Positions 1 to 8,938 of a stretch of DNA of 64,000 nucleotides are shown one piece after another; positions within the stretch are counted from its first letter, which is position 1; each line of letters begins with the position of its first letter. This stretch comes from an uncultured Thermus sp. (GTDB lineage Bacteria > Deinococcota > Deinococci > Deinococcales > Thermaceae): the NCBI GenBank assembly GCA_947085095.1, contig CAMTVD010000014.1, positions 160,001 to 224,000 on the forward strand. The letters are read 5' to 3'. The notes below the pieces were generated by a model. The model worked only from the letters and a program-made list of their open reading frames with translations. It searched no databases and had not been told where the DNA came from. The position numbers were made by a program, and so were the translations under genes.

Positions 1-709
1 CGAGGGGGTGGGAAGGCGGACCGTGGCCCGTTGGTACGCCCTGGGCCTGAACCGGGGCTTTCCCCCGCCTCCTTTGGAGGCCCATCCCGACCTCCTGGAG
101 ATCGGCCCCAAGGAGAGGGGGCTTCGGGGCCAGGCGGAGGTGCGCCTCGAGGAGGTGGAGCCCCTCTTCACCTGGTTTCAAAGCTACCCCCGGGAGCGGG
201 TCAAGGTGGCCATCCTGGACGCCGCCCACCTCCTCACCGAGGCCGCCGCTAACGCTCTCCTAAAGCTTCTAGAGGAGCCCCCCGCCTACGGGCGCCTCAT
301 CCTCATCGCTCCAAGCCGGGAAACCCTCCTTCCCACCCTGGCCAGCCGGGCCCTGGAGGTGGCCTTCGGCCCGGTCCCCGAGGAGAGGCTTCGGGCCCTG
401 ACCCAGGACCCGGACCTCCTGGCCTACGCCGCCGGGGCCCCGGGGCGGCTCCTCCGCGCCCTGGCCGATCCCCTGGCCTTCGGGGAGAGATTGAAGACGG
501 CGAAGCGGGCCCTGGAGAGCCCCCCCTTGGAGCGCCTCCGGCTTCTCGGCGAGCTCCTTGCCGAAGAGGAAGGGTTTTACTTCCTCCACGCCCTGCTGCA
601 GGGTAAGCCCCAGGCCCTTCTGGCCCTCGAGGAGGCCCGGGAGGCCCTAAGGGCTTATGTAAGCCCCGACCTGGTTCTGGCCCGCTTGGCCTTAGACTTA
701 GAACCATGA
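1..709 (+). CDS. holB: DNA polymerase III delta' subunit (5'-truncated by window)
   Basis: KVAILDAAHLLTEAAANALLKLLEEPP and LLPTLASR clamp-loader motifs; frame is open to the window edge. Confidence 0.9.
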   Translation, partial: EGVGRRTVARWYALGLNRGFPPPPLEAHPDLLEIGPKERGLRGQAEVRLEEVEPLFTWFQSYPRERVKVAILDAAHLLTEAAANALLKLLEEPPAYGRLILIAPSRETLLPTLASRALEVAFGPVPEERLRALTQDPDLLAYAAGAPGRLLRALADPLAFGERLKTAKRALESPPLERLRLLGELLAEEEGFYFLHALLQGKPQALLALEEAREALRAYVSPDLVLARLALDLEP

Positions 710-1473
710 CCGTGGGCGTCCGCTTCCGCACCCCTGTCCTCCGCTACTTCCGCTTCCAGGGGGAGCCCCCTCCCCTGGAGGCCTACGTGGTGGTGCGCAC
801 CAGCCGAGGCCTGGAGGTGGGCAAGGTGCGCACCCCCCCCAAACGGGAGAAGGAGGCGGGGGAGGTGGTGCGCCTGGCCACCAAGGAGGACCTGGACCGG
901 GCGGCGAGGCTTAGGGCCCGGGGGGAGGAAGCCCTTTTCTACCTAAAGGCCCGCCTCAAGGAGGAAGGGGTGGCCGCCAAGGTCCTGGGATGCGACTTCA
1001 CCCTGGATGGCCGCCATCTCACCGTGCGCTACGCTGCGGAGGAGCGGGTAAACCTGAGGCGCTTTACCCGGGAGCTCCAGGAGCGTTTTCAGGCCCGGGT
1101 AGAGTTCCTGGCGGAGGGCCCTAGGGAGGAGGCCCAGTACCTGGGGGCCCTGGGGGCTTGCGGCATGGAGTCCTGTTGCTCCACCTGGCTCCAGGGCTTC
1201 GCCCAGGTGTCCATCAAGTTGGCCCGGGACCAGCAGCTTCCCCTTTCCCCGGAGAAGATCTCGGGCCCCTGCGGCCGACTCCTCTGCTGCCTGGCCTATG
1301 AGCACCCCGTCTACCAGGAGCTTTTGGTGGAACTGCCCAGGAAGAACGCCCGGGTCTGCACCAAGGCAGGGGTCTGTGGCAAGGTGCAGAAGGTGAACCC
1401 CCTAAAAGGCACCGTGGAGCTCCTCCTGGAGGACGGGAAGGGCCTGGAGGTGGCCAAGGAGGAGCTCCTATGA
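706..1473 (+). CDS. ricT: PSP1-domain RicT/YaaT family Fe-S protein
   Basis: GACGMESCCS, VSIKLARDQ, KISGPCGRLLCCLAYE; follows holB with an ATGA overlap. Confidence 0.85.
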   Translation: MTVGVRFRTPVLRYFRFQGEPPPLEAYVVVRTSRGLEVGKVRTPPKREKEAGEVVRLATKEDLDRAARLRARGEEALFYLKARLKEEGVAAKVLGCDFTLDGRHLTVRYAAEERVNLRRFTRELQERFQARVEFLAEGPREEAQYLGALGACGMESCCSTWLQGFAQVSIKLARDQQLPLSPEKISGPCGRLLCCLAYEHPVYQELLVELPRKNARVCTKAGVCGKVQKVNPLKGTVELLLEDGKGLEVAKEELL

Positions 1474-2006
1474 GGTCTTATCCCGTTCAGGGCCCTCTGC
1501 CCGCCTTCTACCACTACTACCCCGGGGTCCCCGCCGTGGTGGGGGTAAGGGTTGGGGAAAAGGTGAACTTCTGCCCAGCGGTCTGGAACACGGGGCTTTC
1601 CGCTGACCCGCCCCTCTTCGGCGTGGCCATCAGCCCCAAGCGCTACACCCACGGCCTCCTCCGGGAGGCCAGGCGCTTCGCCGTGAGCTTCCTCCCCCAC
1701 ACCCAGGCGGCCTTGGTGCAGTGGCTGGGGAGCGTCTCTGGCCGGGAGGTGGACAAGGGAAGGGGCCCTCACTTCCTGGGCCACACCGGGGTGCCCATCC
1801 TGCAAGGGGCCTACGCCGCCTACGAGCTTGCCCTTCTGGAGGCCCGAAACTACGGGGACCACGACCTCTTCGTGGGCCGGGTGGTGGCGGTCTGGGAGGA
1901 GGAGGCCCTATTGGACGAAAAGGGAAGGCCCAAGCCCGGTCTCGCCCTCCTGTACTACGGCAAGGGCCTTTACGGCCGCCCGGAGGCGGAGGCTTTTGCC
2001 CCATGA
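1470..2006 (+). CDS. Flavin reductase-like (FMN-binding split barrel) protein
   Basis: SADPPLFGVAISPKRYT, GSVSGREVDK, GDHDLFVGRV. Confidence 0.85.
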   Translation: MRSYPVQGPLPAFYHYYPGVPAVVGVRVGEKVNFCPAVWNTGLSADPPLFGVAISPKRYTHGLLREARRFAVSFLPHTQAALVQWLGSVSGREVDKGRGPHFLGHTGVPILQGAYAAYELALLEARNYGDHDLFVGRVVAVWEEEALLDEKGRPKPGLALLYYGKGLYGRPEAEAFAP

Positions 2007-2260
2007 CCCAGGCGGAGGCCTTGGCCCGGAGGCTTCGCCGCCTGGTCCTGAACCGCCAGGGCACCGAGGCCCAGGTGTGGCTGGAGGAGGGCTTTTTCTA
2101 CCTGAGGCAGGACGGCCACGCCCAGTTCGCCCAGGGGGTCCTGCCCGAGGGCCTTTCCGGCTTCGCCCTCTTCCGGGGTGGGGTGGAGCTTTTCTTCCAA
2201 GACGGAAGCCGCCTTAGGCTCTTCTACCGCCTGGGGCGGCTTCGGCGCTACTTCTCGTAG
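2003..2260 (+). CDS. Hypothetical protein (85 aa)
   Basis: ATG at 2003 overlaps the previous stop (ATGA); MTQAEALARRLRRL...; Thermus-like codon use. Confidence 0.7.
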   Translation: MTQAEALARRLRRLVLNRQGTEAQVWLEEGFFYLRQDGHAQFAQGVLPEGLSGFALFRGGVELFFQDGSRLRLFYRLGRLRRYFS

Positions 2261-3159
2261 GGCTTGCCCACCGCCGCCGGGGGACGGCTTCTGCCGATGA
2301 ACCCCGCCAGCACCAGCACGGTGACCACGTAGGGGAAGGCCTGGACCAAGACGGCGGGGAGGATCTCCGTGCCCTGGAGCTGGATGGCGAGGGCGGAGGC
2401 GAAGCCGAAGAGGAGGGTGGAGAAGAGGATGCCCAAGGGGTGCCACTTGCCGAAGATCATGGCCGCCAGGGCGATGAAGCCCATCCCCGCCGACATCCCC
2501 CGCACGAACTGGTTGAGGAAGCCGATGGAGAGGTAGGCCCCGGCCAGGCCCGCCAGCACCCCGGAGAGGATGACCCCGGTGTAGCGCAGGCGGTAGACGT
2601 TCACTCCCAGGGTGTCGGCGGCCTCGGGGTGCTCCCCCACCGCCCGCAGGCGCAGGCCGAAGGGGGTCTTAAAGAGGACCCACCAGCTTAAGGGGACGAG
2701 GAGGAAGGCCAGGTAGACCAAGGGGGAGAGGCCCAGGATGAGGGGGAGGCGGTTGGCCACCTCCTGGGAGTTGGTGGCGTTGCCGTAGAAGTAGGTGAGG
2801 ACCAGGCTGGGGGCTCCCAGGGCCAGAAGGTTGATGGCGGTGGCGCTGATGATCTGGTCCGCCCGGTACTTGAGGGAAACCACGGCGTGCACGGCGGCCA
2901 CCAGGCCTCCCACCAGCATGGCCGAAAGGACCCCCACCCAAGGGAGCCAGGGGTGGGGTCCGGGGCCCAAAGCGGCCTCAAACCGCTCCACCACCACCGC
3001 CGCCGTAAGAGCCCCGAAGAGGATGATGCCCTCGAGGGCGATGTTCACCACCCCGCTCCTCTCCGAGAACATCCCCCCCAAGGCGGAGAAGAGAAGGGGG
3101 GTGGTCTGCCGCAGGGTGGAAAGGAAGAGGGCCACCCAAAAGGCTGTGTCCAGGTTCAT
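2248..3159 (-). CDS. ABC transporter permease (nucleoside/simple sugar type, BPD_transp_2)
   Basis: SERSGVVNIALEG, GLRLRAVGEHPEAADTLGVNV, GFIALAAMIFGKW. Confidence 0.9.
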   Translation of the reverse strand: MNLDTAFWVALFLSTLRQTTPLLFSALGGMFSERSGVVNIALEGIILFGALTAAVVVERFEAALGPGPHPWLPWVGVLSAMLVGGLVAAVHAVVSLKYRADQIISATAINLLALGAPSLVLTYFYGNATNSQEVANRLPLILGLSPLVYLAFLLVPLSWWVLFKTPFGLRLRAVGEHPEAADTLGVNVYRLRYTGVILSGVLAGLAGAYLSIGFLNQFVRGMSAGMGFIALAAMIFGKWHPLGILFSTLLFGFASALAIQLQGTEILPAVLVQAFPYVVTVLVLAGFIGRSRPPAAVGKPYEK

Positions 3160-4985
3160 CTTTGCACCTCCTCGCTCTCCCGCTTTCTGGTTTCCTCCTT
3201 AAGCTCTATCTCGGCGGCCCTCAAGGGATCGGTGAAGTAGCGGGGCAGGAAGCCGCCAGCGGCGATGAAGAGGACGATAAGGGCCTGAAGCACGGCCACC
3301 AGCTCCCGGCTTATTCCCAGCTGCAGGTTCACCTGGAGCCCCCCGGTGAGGAGGATGCCGAAAAGCCAGGCGGCGAGGCCCACCCCCAGGGGGGTGTTCT
3401 GCCCCATGAGGGCCACGGCGATGCCGTCAAAGCCCACGGAATAGGGGAGGGCCTGCTTCAAGCGGTACTCGTCAATCCCCCCGCCCAGCACGTAATGGGT
3501 GGCGGCCAGCCCAGCCAAAGCCCCCGCCAGGAACATGATGAGGACGATCTTCCTCCGGGCCATCACCCCCCCATACTCCGCCGCTTTGGGGGCCAGACCC
3601 ATGGCTCTAAGCTCGTACCCCCCTACGGTGCGGAACACGTAGAAGTGGAAGAAGAGGAGGGCCAGGAGGGCGATGAGAAAGGCCCCGTTGAGGCGCACGG
3701 AGGTCAGATCTGGACCGAAGCTCACGGGAACCCCGGGGAGAAGCCCTCCCACCCCGTACCCCGCCGCCCCCAGGAGGAGGCCCAGAAGGACCCGGTGGCC
3801 CAGGCTTTTCCGCACCAGGAAGTAGCCCAAAAGGCCGAGGAGGAAAGCCAGGGGCAAGGCAAAGGAGAGTTCCCCACCAGGGGCCACCAGGTCCGTCCAA
3901 TGGGGGATGCGGGCCTCGGGGCGTATCTCGTGGCTCCGGGCCTCATAGCCGGGGTACTTGAAGGGTAGGTAAAGGGTATAGCCGAAGAACTTGTACTCGT
4001 TGGCGGAGATGAGGAAGAGGAAAAGGCTGGCGGCGATGTAGTTGAACATGATGGTGTTGATGACCTCGTGGGCCCCAAAGCGGGCCTTGAGCCAGCCCAC
4101 CAAGGCTCCCCAGAGGCCCCCGGCCAAAGCCGCGGCCAGGATGGCGAGGGGCAGGACCAGCCACCGGGGCCCGGGCAGGTAGACCCCCACCAGCATGGCG
4201 GCGATGGCCCCCAGGATGAGCTGCCCCGGGGCCCCGATGTTGAAGAGGCCGCCCCGGAAGCCCAGGGCCACGGCAAGCCCGGTGAAGATCAGGGGGGTGG
4301 CGAGAAGGAGGCTCTGCAGGAAACCGGACGGGTTCACCAAGGGGCTGAAGAGGAGCTGGTAGGTGTAGGTGACGAGGTCCAACTTCAGCATGAAGCTTTC
4401 CCTGAGGCTCGCCGCCTCCCCGGGGCTTTCCTTAAGGATGGCCACGATGACCCCCCCTAAGAGGGAGGCCAGGAGGAGGGAGACCAGGGGGACCACCACC
4501 CCCCGCCGCCGCACCAGAAAGGCCAGTCCCCCGGGGGAGAAGACCCGGCCCAGGAGGAGGAGGTAGAGGCTAAAGGCCAGGGTGGCGTAGCTTCCCAGGC
4601 CCAGGCTGTACCGCCTGAGAGCGGGCCTTTCCAAACCAGCGTTGACCTGGGCCACGCTTCCCTGGAAGAGGATGGCGATCAGAAGGAAAAGCCCCAGGCC
4701 CAAGGCCCCCGCTAAATAGGCCCCCCTGGGGCCCATCTTCCAGGTCAGGGCCAGGCTGAGGAGGAGCCAGGCCAAGGAGAGGTAGAAGGCCCAGAAGAGC
4801 CAGGTGTCCCGGTAGCCTTGGGGAAGGCTTCCCTGGGGCAGGTGGTGCCCGAAGGGGCTTAGGAGCACCCCCTCGCCGCCGAAGAGTCGGTGGGGTACCG
4901 CCCAGGGGGCCAGGTACCAGAGGAGGAGGGTGAGGCCCCCTCCCAGGAGCACCAGAAGCCAGAGGCGCCCATGGTCCGTCCGCAC
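3156..4985 (-). CDS. ABC transporter permease (nucleoside/simple sugar type) with N-terminal membrane extension
   Basis: GLFNIGAPGQ, HEVINTIMFNY, GYELRAMG, GFDGIAVALMG. Confidence 0.88.
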   Translation of the reverse strand: MRTDHGRLWLLVLLGGGLTLLLWYLAPWAVPHRLFGGEGVLLSPFGHHLPQGSLPQGYRDTWLFWAFYLSLAWLLLSLALTWKMGPRGAYLAGALGLGLFLLIAILFQGSVAQVNAGLERPALRRYSLGLGSYATLAFSLYLLLLGRVFSPGGLAFLVRRRGVVVPLVSLLLASLLGGVIVAILKESPGEAASLRESFMLKLDLVTYTYQLLFSPLVNPSGFLQSLLLATPLIFTGLAVALGFRGGLFNIGAPGQLILGAIAAMLVGVYLPGPRWLVLPLAILAAALAGGLWGALVGWLKARFGAHEVINTIMFNYIAASLFLFLISANEYKFFGYTLYLPFKYPGYEARSHEIRPEARIPHWTDLVAPGGELSFALPLAFLLGLLGYFLVRKSLGHRVLLGLLLGAAGYGVGGLLPGVPVSFGPDLTSVRLNGAFLIALLALLFFHFYVFRTVGGYELRAMGLAPKAAEYGGVMARRKIVLIMFLAGALAGLAATHYVLGGGIDEYRLKQALPYSVGFDGIAVALMGQNTPLGVGLAAWLFGILLTGGLQVNLQLGISRELVAVLQALIVLFIAAGGFLPRYFTDPLRAAEIELKEETRKRESEEVQR

Positions 4986-5029
4986 GTGCCCGATTGTACC
5001 CTACCTTGGTGGGTGCTAGACTGCCCCTC

Positions 5030-5731
5030 GTGTCGGCTTCGCCCGAGGAAAAGGCCCGGCGGGTGCGGCGGATGTTCTCGGAGATCGCCCCTCGCTACGA
5101 TCTTTTGAACCGCCTCCTCTCCTTCGGGGCGGACCTCCGCTGGCGCAGGCGGGCAGTGGCCCTGGCCCTGGAAAAGGGACCTAGGCGCATCCTGGACCTG
5201 GCCACGGGCACCGGAGACCTGGCCCTCCTCCTGAAGGCCTCTGCCCCGGAGGCGGAGGTGGTGGGAGCGGACTTCGCCCCCCCTATGTTGGAGATCGCCC
5301 GGAGGAAGGCGGAGGCCCGGGGGCTTCGCGTGGCCTTCCTGGAGGCGGACGCCCTGGCCCTGCCCTTCCCCGATGGGAGTTTTGACGCCGTCACCATCGC
5401 CTTTGGCTTCCGCAACTTCGCCGACCAGCGGAAGGCCCTAGGGGAGCTTTCCCGGGTCCTCTCTCCCGGGGGGAGGCTGGTGGTCCTGGAGTTTCCCCCG
5501 CCTCCCAAGGGGGCCTTTGGCCTGGTCTACCGGGTCTACTTCCAGAGGGTCCTGCCTCTTTTGGGGGGTCTCATCTCTGGGAGTTTCGGGGCTTACCGCT
5601 ACCTTCCGGAAAGCGTGGAGGCCTTTCCCCCGCCCGAGGCCCTGAAGGCCCGCATGGAGGAGGCGGGGTTTTCCGTGCGCTACGAGCTCCTCACCTTCGG
5701 GGTGGCGGCCATCCACGTGGGGGACCTATAG
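5030..5731 (+). CDS. menG: Demethylmenaquinone methyltransferase (UbiE/MenG)
   Basis: MFSEIAPRYDLLNRLLSFG, LDLATGTGD, AFGFRN, YRYLPESV; GTG at 5030 preceded by TAGACT. Confidence 0.92.
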   Translation: MSASPEEKARRVRRMFSEIAPRYDLLNRLLSFGADLRWRRRAVALALEKGPRRILDLATGTGDLALLLKASAPEAEVVGADFAPPMLEIARRKAEARGLRVAFLEADALALPFPDGSFDAVTIAFGFRNFADQRKALGELSRVLSPGGRLVVLEFPPPPKGAFGLVYRVYFQRVLPLLGGLISGSFGAYRYLPESVEAFPPPEALKARMEEAGFSVRYELLTFGVAAIHVGDL

Positions 5732-6178
5732 GCCGCTGGCCTCCCGGAGCGCTTCGTCCGAGGGGATGCACCCCGCTTTCAGGCTCTCCACCAGGTACAG
5801 ACTCATCCGCTCCAGGGCGTCCCGCACTCTCCGCCACTCCTCCAGGGGCTTGCCCGAGGGGTCGGGGAAGGAAACGTGGCGCTTAGTGGTCTTGGCGGGG
5901 TAGGCGGGGCAGGCCTCCTTGGCGCTATCGCAGACGGTGAGGACCAGGCCGAAGTTCCAGGGGTCCGGCACCTCCAGGAGGGTCTTGGAGAAGTGGCCAG
6001 AAAGGTCCAGGCCCACCTCGGCCATCACCCGCTTGGCCTCCTCCTTCACGAAGGTCTTCTCCGTGCCTGCGGAGTGGACCTCGAGGTCCACCCCCAGCGC
6101 CCGGGCGTGGTGCCTGAGCCAGGCCTCGGCCATCTGGCTGCGGGCGGAGTTGTGGGTGCAGAGGACGAGAAGCCGCAT
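5726..6178 (-). CDS. arsC: Thioredoxin-type arsenate reductase (LMW-PTP fold)
   Basis: P-loop CTHNSARS plus resolving Cys pair TVCDSAKEACP; FPDP. Confidence 0.85.
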   Translation of the reverse strand: MRLLVLCTHNSARSQMAEAWLRHHARALGVDLEVHSAGTEKTFVKEEAKRVMAEVGLDLSGHFSKTLLEVPDPWNFGLVLTVCDSAKEACPAYPAKTTKRHVSFPDPSGKPLEEWRRVRDALERMSLYLVESLKAGCIPSDEALREASGL

Positions 6179-6316
6179 CTTGCTCAGGCTATCGCCCTCT
6201 CGTCAGAGGGCGGTTATAAGGGCACGAGGGGGGAGGCGGCGAGAGGGCCATATTTCCACGCTACGGGCCCCGGGGTTGCCGTGAGAGGAAGGGGGTTTGG
6301 GGGATGGGGCTTCCGC

Positions 6317-8011
6317 CTAGCCCGGGAGGCGGCGCTCCAGCTCCTCCACCTTCTCGCTCAAGACCCTGAGGCCCTTCCGCCAGAAGTCCGGGCTTTCCAG
6401 GTCAAAGCCGAAGCGGGCCGCCAGGGCCTTGGCGGTGTGCATCCCGGACTCGGCCAGGAGGGCCTCGTACCGCTCCATGAAAGCGGGGTCCTCCTTGGCC
6501 TCGCTGTAGAGGGCCAGGCCGAAGAGGAGGCCAAAGGTGTAGGGGTAGTTGTAGAAGTCAGAGCCGTAGTAGTGCCCCTTCACCGCCCACATGTAGGGGT
6601 GGAAGGAAGCCAAAGCCTCGCCGTAGGCCGCTTTCTGGGCTTCCACCATGAGCTCCTTGAACTCCCTTGGGGATAGTTCCCGGGCCCTCCGCCTGGCAAA
6701 TACCCAGGACTCAAAGAGGAAGCGGCTATGGATGTCCACCACCACCTGGGCCGCCCCCTGGAGGTAGGCGTCCAGAATGAGGAGGCCCTCCTCGGGGGAG
6801 ACCTCCTTGAGGGCCGCCTCCACCACCAAGGTCTCGTTCATGATGCTGGCCGTCTCCGCCAGGGTCATGGGCACCTCCCGCAAGGAGGCGGGAACCCGGG
6901 CGAGGGCAAAGTTGTGGTAGGCGTGGCCCAGCTCGTGGGCCAGGGTGGAGACGGACTCAAAGCTCTCCTCGTAGTTGGCGAGGATGAGGCTTTTTCCCCC
7001 GCCCCTGGGCATGCAGTAGGCCCCGCCCACCTTGCCCTTGCGGGGGAGAAGGTCCATCCAGCGCTCCCTGAAGGCGGCCTCCGCCACCTGGGCGGCGTTT
7101 TGGGAGAAGGCGGCGAGCTTCTCCACGATAAAGCCTCGGGCCTCCTCGAGGGTCCAGCGCCGCCCCTGGCCCAGGGGAGCGAAGAGGTCGTAGAAGTCCA
7201 GGCGCTCCTTCCCCAGAGCCTTGGCCTTCAGGAGGTAGTAGCGGCGGAAGAGGGGGAGGCTTTCCTGAACGGCCTCCTGCATGGCGGAAAGGGCCTTTCT
7301 GGTGATGCGGTTGTTTAGGAGCGTGGGTTCCAGGTCGTCCCGGTAGCCCCGCCTGCGGTTCAAGACCGCCGCCTCCCCTTTCACCCCGTTCAGGGCGTAG
7401 GCCAGAGGCACCTCGTGCCGCTCCCAGGCGAAAAGCTCCGCTTCATAGGCCTTCTTGCGCACCGCTTCCTCGGGGCGGAAGTAAAGGTTGCGCACCTTGG
7501 TGATGGGCATCTCCTCCCCGTCCACCACCGCCGTGATCTGGCTCGTCAGGTTCTCGTGGAGCTTGTCCCAGGCCCGCCGCCCGGAGAGGGAGAGCTCGGC
7601 CGCCAGGGTCTCCTCTCCCTCGGGCATCATGTGGAGAGCCTCCTCCTTGGCCTCCTCCACCAGGAGGCGGTAAGGGCCCGCCTCCTCTGGGTCTTGGAGG
7701 GCCAGGTAGCGGACGAGGCGGGGCCTCAGGCGGCGGAACTCCAGGAAGAGGACCTCCAGCTCGGAGAGCTTGGCCAGGGCGGCCTCGTCGGCGGTGTTGG
7801 CGCTAAAGCGGGCGTAGAGGTAGGCGTGCAGGGGAAGGGCTTCCTCACGGAGGGCATCCAGGCTGGAGAGGACCTCGGCCAGGGGGGCATCCGCCTCCAG
7901 TAGGCCCTTTAGGCGACCGATACGTTCCCTCAAGCCGTCCCAGGCCCTCTGGAACTCCGGGCTTTCCAGGCTGGGGAAGAGGGGGCTCAGGTCCCAGGTG
8001 GTCTCGGTCAT
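6317..8011 (-). CDS. pepF: Oligoendopeptidase F (M3 family)
   Basis: WDLS N-terminus, GKVGGAYC, TLAHELGHAYH, LAETAS, FYNYPYTFG; ATG at 8011 with TATAGT 6 nt upstream. Confidence 0.92.
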   Translation of the reverse strand: MTETTWDLSPLFPSLESPEFQRAWDGLRERIGRLKGLLEADAPLAEVLSSLDALREEALPLHAYLYARFSANTADEAALAKLSELEVLFLEFRRLRPRLVRYLALQDPEEAGPYRLLVEEAKEEALHMMPEGEETLAAELSLSGRRAWDKLHENLTSQITAVVDGEEMPITKVRNLYFRPEEAVRKKAYEAELFAWERHEVPLAYALNGVKGEAAVLNRRRGYRDDLEPTLLNNRITRKALSAMQEAVQESLPLFRRYYLLKAKALGKERLDFYDLFAPLGQGRRWTLEEARGFIVEKLAAFSQNAAQVAEAAFRERWMDLLPRKGKVGGAYCMPRGGGKSLILANYEESFESVSTLAHELGHAYHNFALARVPASLREVPMTLAETASIMNETLVVEAALKEVSPEEGLLILDAYLQGAAQVVVDIHSRFLFESWVFARRRARELSPREFKELMVEAQKAAYGEALASFHPYMWAVKGHYYGSDFYNYPYTFGLLFGLALYSEAKEDPAFMERYEALLAESGMHTAKALAARFGFDLESPDFWRKGLRVLSEKVEELERRLPG

Positions 8012-8066
8012 GCCCCCACTATACCTGACCCATGGGTCATATCGGGGCGTGGTAAGCTCGTTCCCC

Positions 8067-8468
8067 GTGGAAGGTTTTCCCGTGGTGGTTCCCATAGAGG
8101 TGCGCTTCCGCGACCTGGACGCCTTGGGGCATGTGAACAACGCCGTTTACCTGACCTACTTGGAGGTGGCCCGGGTGGCCTACTTTTCTCGGCTGCAAAG
8201 GGACTGGCTGGAAAAGGGGCACTTCATCTTGGCCCGGGCGGAGGTGGACTTCCTAAGGCCCATCCTCCTGGAGGACCCCGTGGAGGTGGGGGTGCGGGTG
8301 GCGCGCCTGGGGCGCTCCAGCTTTGACATGGAGTACCTGGTGCTGGCGGCGGGGGAGGAGGCGGCCCGGGGGAAGACGGTCCAGGTCTGGCTGGAGGGAG
8401 GAAGGCCCACCCCCCTTCCCCAGGAGGTGCGGGCCCGCATCGCTGAAGTGGAGGGAAGGCCTCTTTAA
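8067..8468 (+). CDS. Acyl-CoA thioesterase (4HBT/YbgC hotdog fold)
   Basis: VRFRDLDALGHVNNAVYLTYLEVAR. Confidence 0.9.
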   Translation: MEGFPVVVPIEVRFRDLDALGHVNNAVYLTYLEVARVAYFSRLQRDWLEKGHFILARAEVDFLRPILLEDPVEVGVRVARLGRSSFDMEYLVLAAGEEAARGKTVQVWLEGGRPTPLPQEVRARIAEVEGRPL

Positions 8469-8500
8469 GGTGCGGGCGGGTCTGCTATCCTGAGAGCCAG

Positions 8501-8938
8501 ATGACCGTAGAAGAACGCCTCTACAAGCTAGAGGGCATCGTGGAGGGGGTGATGGCCATCCTCCCCGACCGGGTGTCCGCCCTGGAGGCGAGGATGGATC
8601 TTCTCCGCCAGGAGGTGAAGGCGGAGATGGCCAGCCTCCGCCAGGAGGTGAAGGCGGAGATCTCCGGGCTCCGCCAGGAGGTGAAGTCAGAGATCGCTGG
8701 GCTTCGCCAGGAGGTGAAGTCAGAGATCTCCGGGCTTCGCCAGGAGATGGAGGAGAGGTTCAATGGCCTGCGCCAGGAGGTGAAGTCAGAGATCGCTGGG
8801 CTCCGCCAGGAGGTGAAGTCAGAGATCGCTGGGCTTCGCCAGGAGGTGAAGGCGGAGATCAACACCGCCTTCAACAAGGCCATGCTCTACTTCACGGCCA
8901 TCGCCGTGGTTCTGGGAGTCCTCACCCTTTTGCGCTAG
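8501..8938 (+). CDS. Coiled-coil repeat protein with C-terminal membrane anchor (DUF1640/CCDC90-like architecture)
   Basis: Eight LRQEVK(A/S)EIxG-type repeats followed by hydrophobic tail AMLYFTAIAVVLGVLTLLR. Confidence 0.75.
   Translation: MTVEERLYKLEGIVEGVMAILPDRVSALEARMDLLRQEVKAEMASLRQEVKAEISGLRQEVKSEIAGLRQEVKSEISGLRQEMEERFNGLRQEVKSEIAGLRQEVKSEIAGLRQEVKAEINTAFNKAMLYFTAIAVVLGVLTLLR
8603..8866 (+). repeat. Coding tandem repeat, 8 x 33 bp
   Basis: Unit approx. CTYCGCCAGGAGGTGAAGKCRGAGATCKCYGGG, head-to-tail with no spacers; unit 5 is divergent. Confidence 0.95.

Noticed and set aside
8603..8866. 33-bp repeats as a CRISPR array
   Set aside because: Repeats are contiguous with no unique spacers, in frame within a CDS, and no cas genes are present
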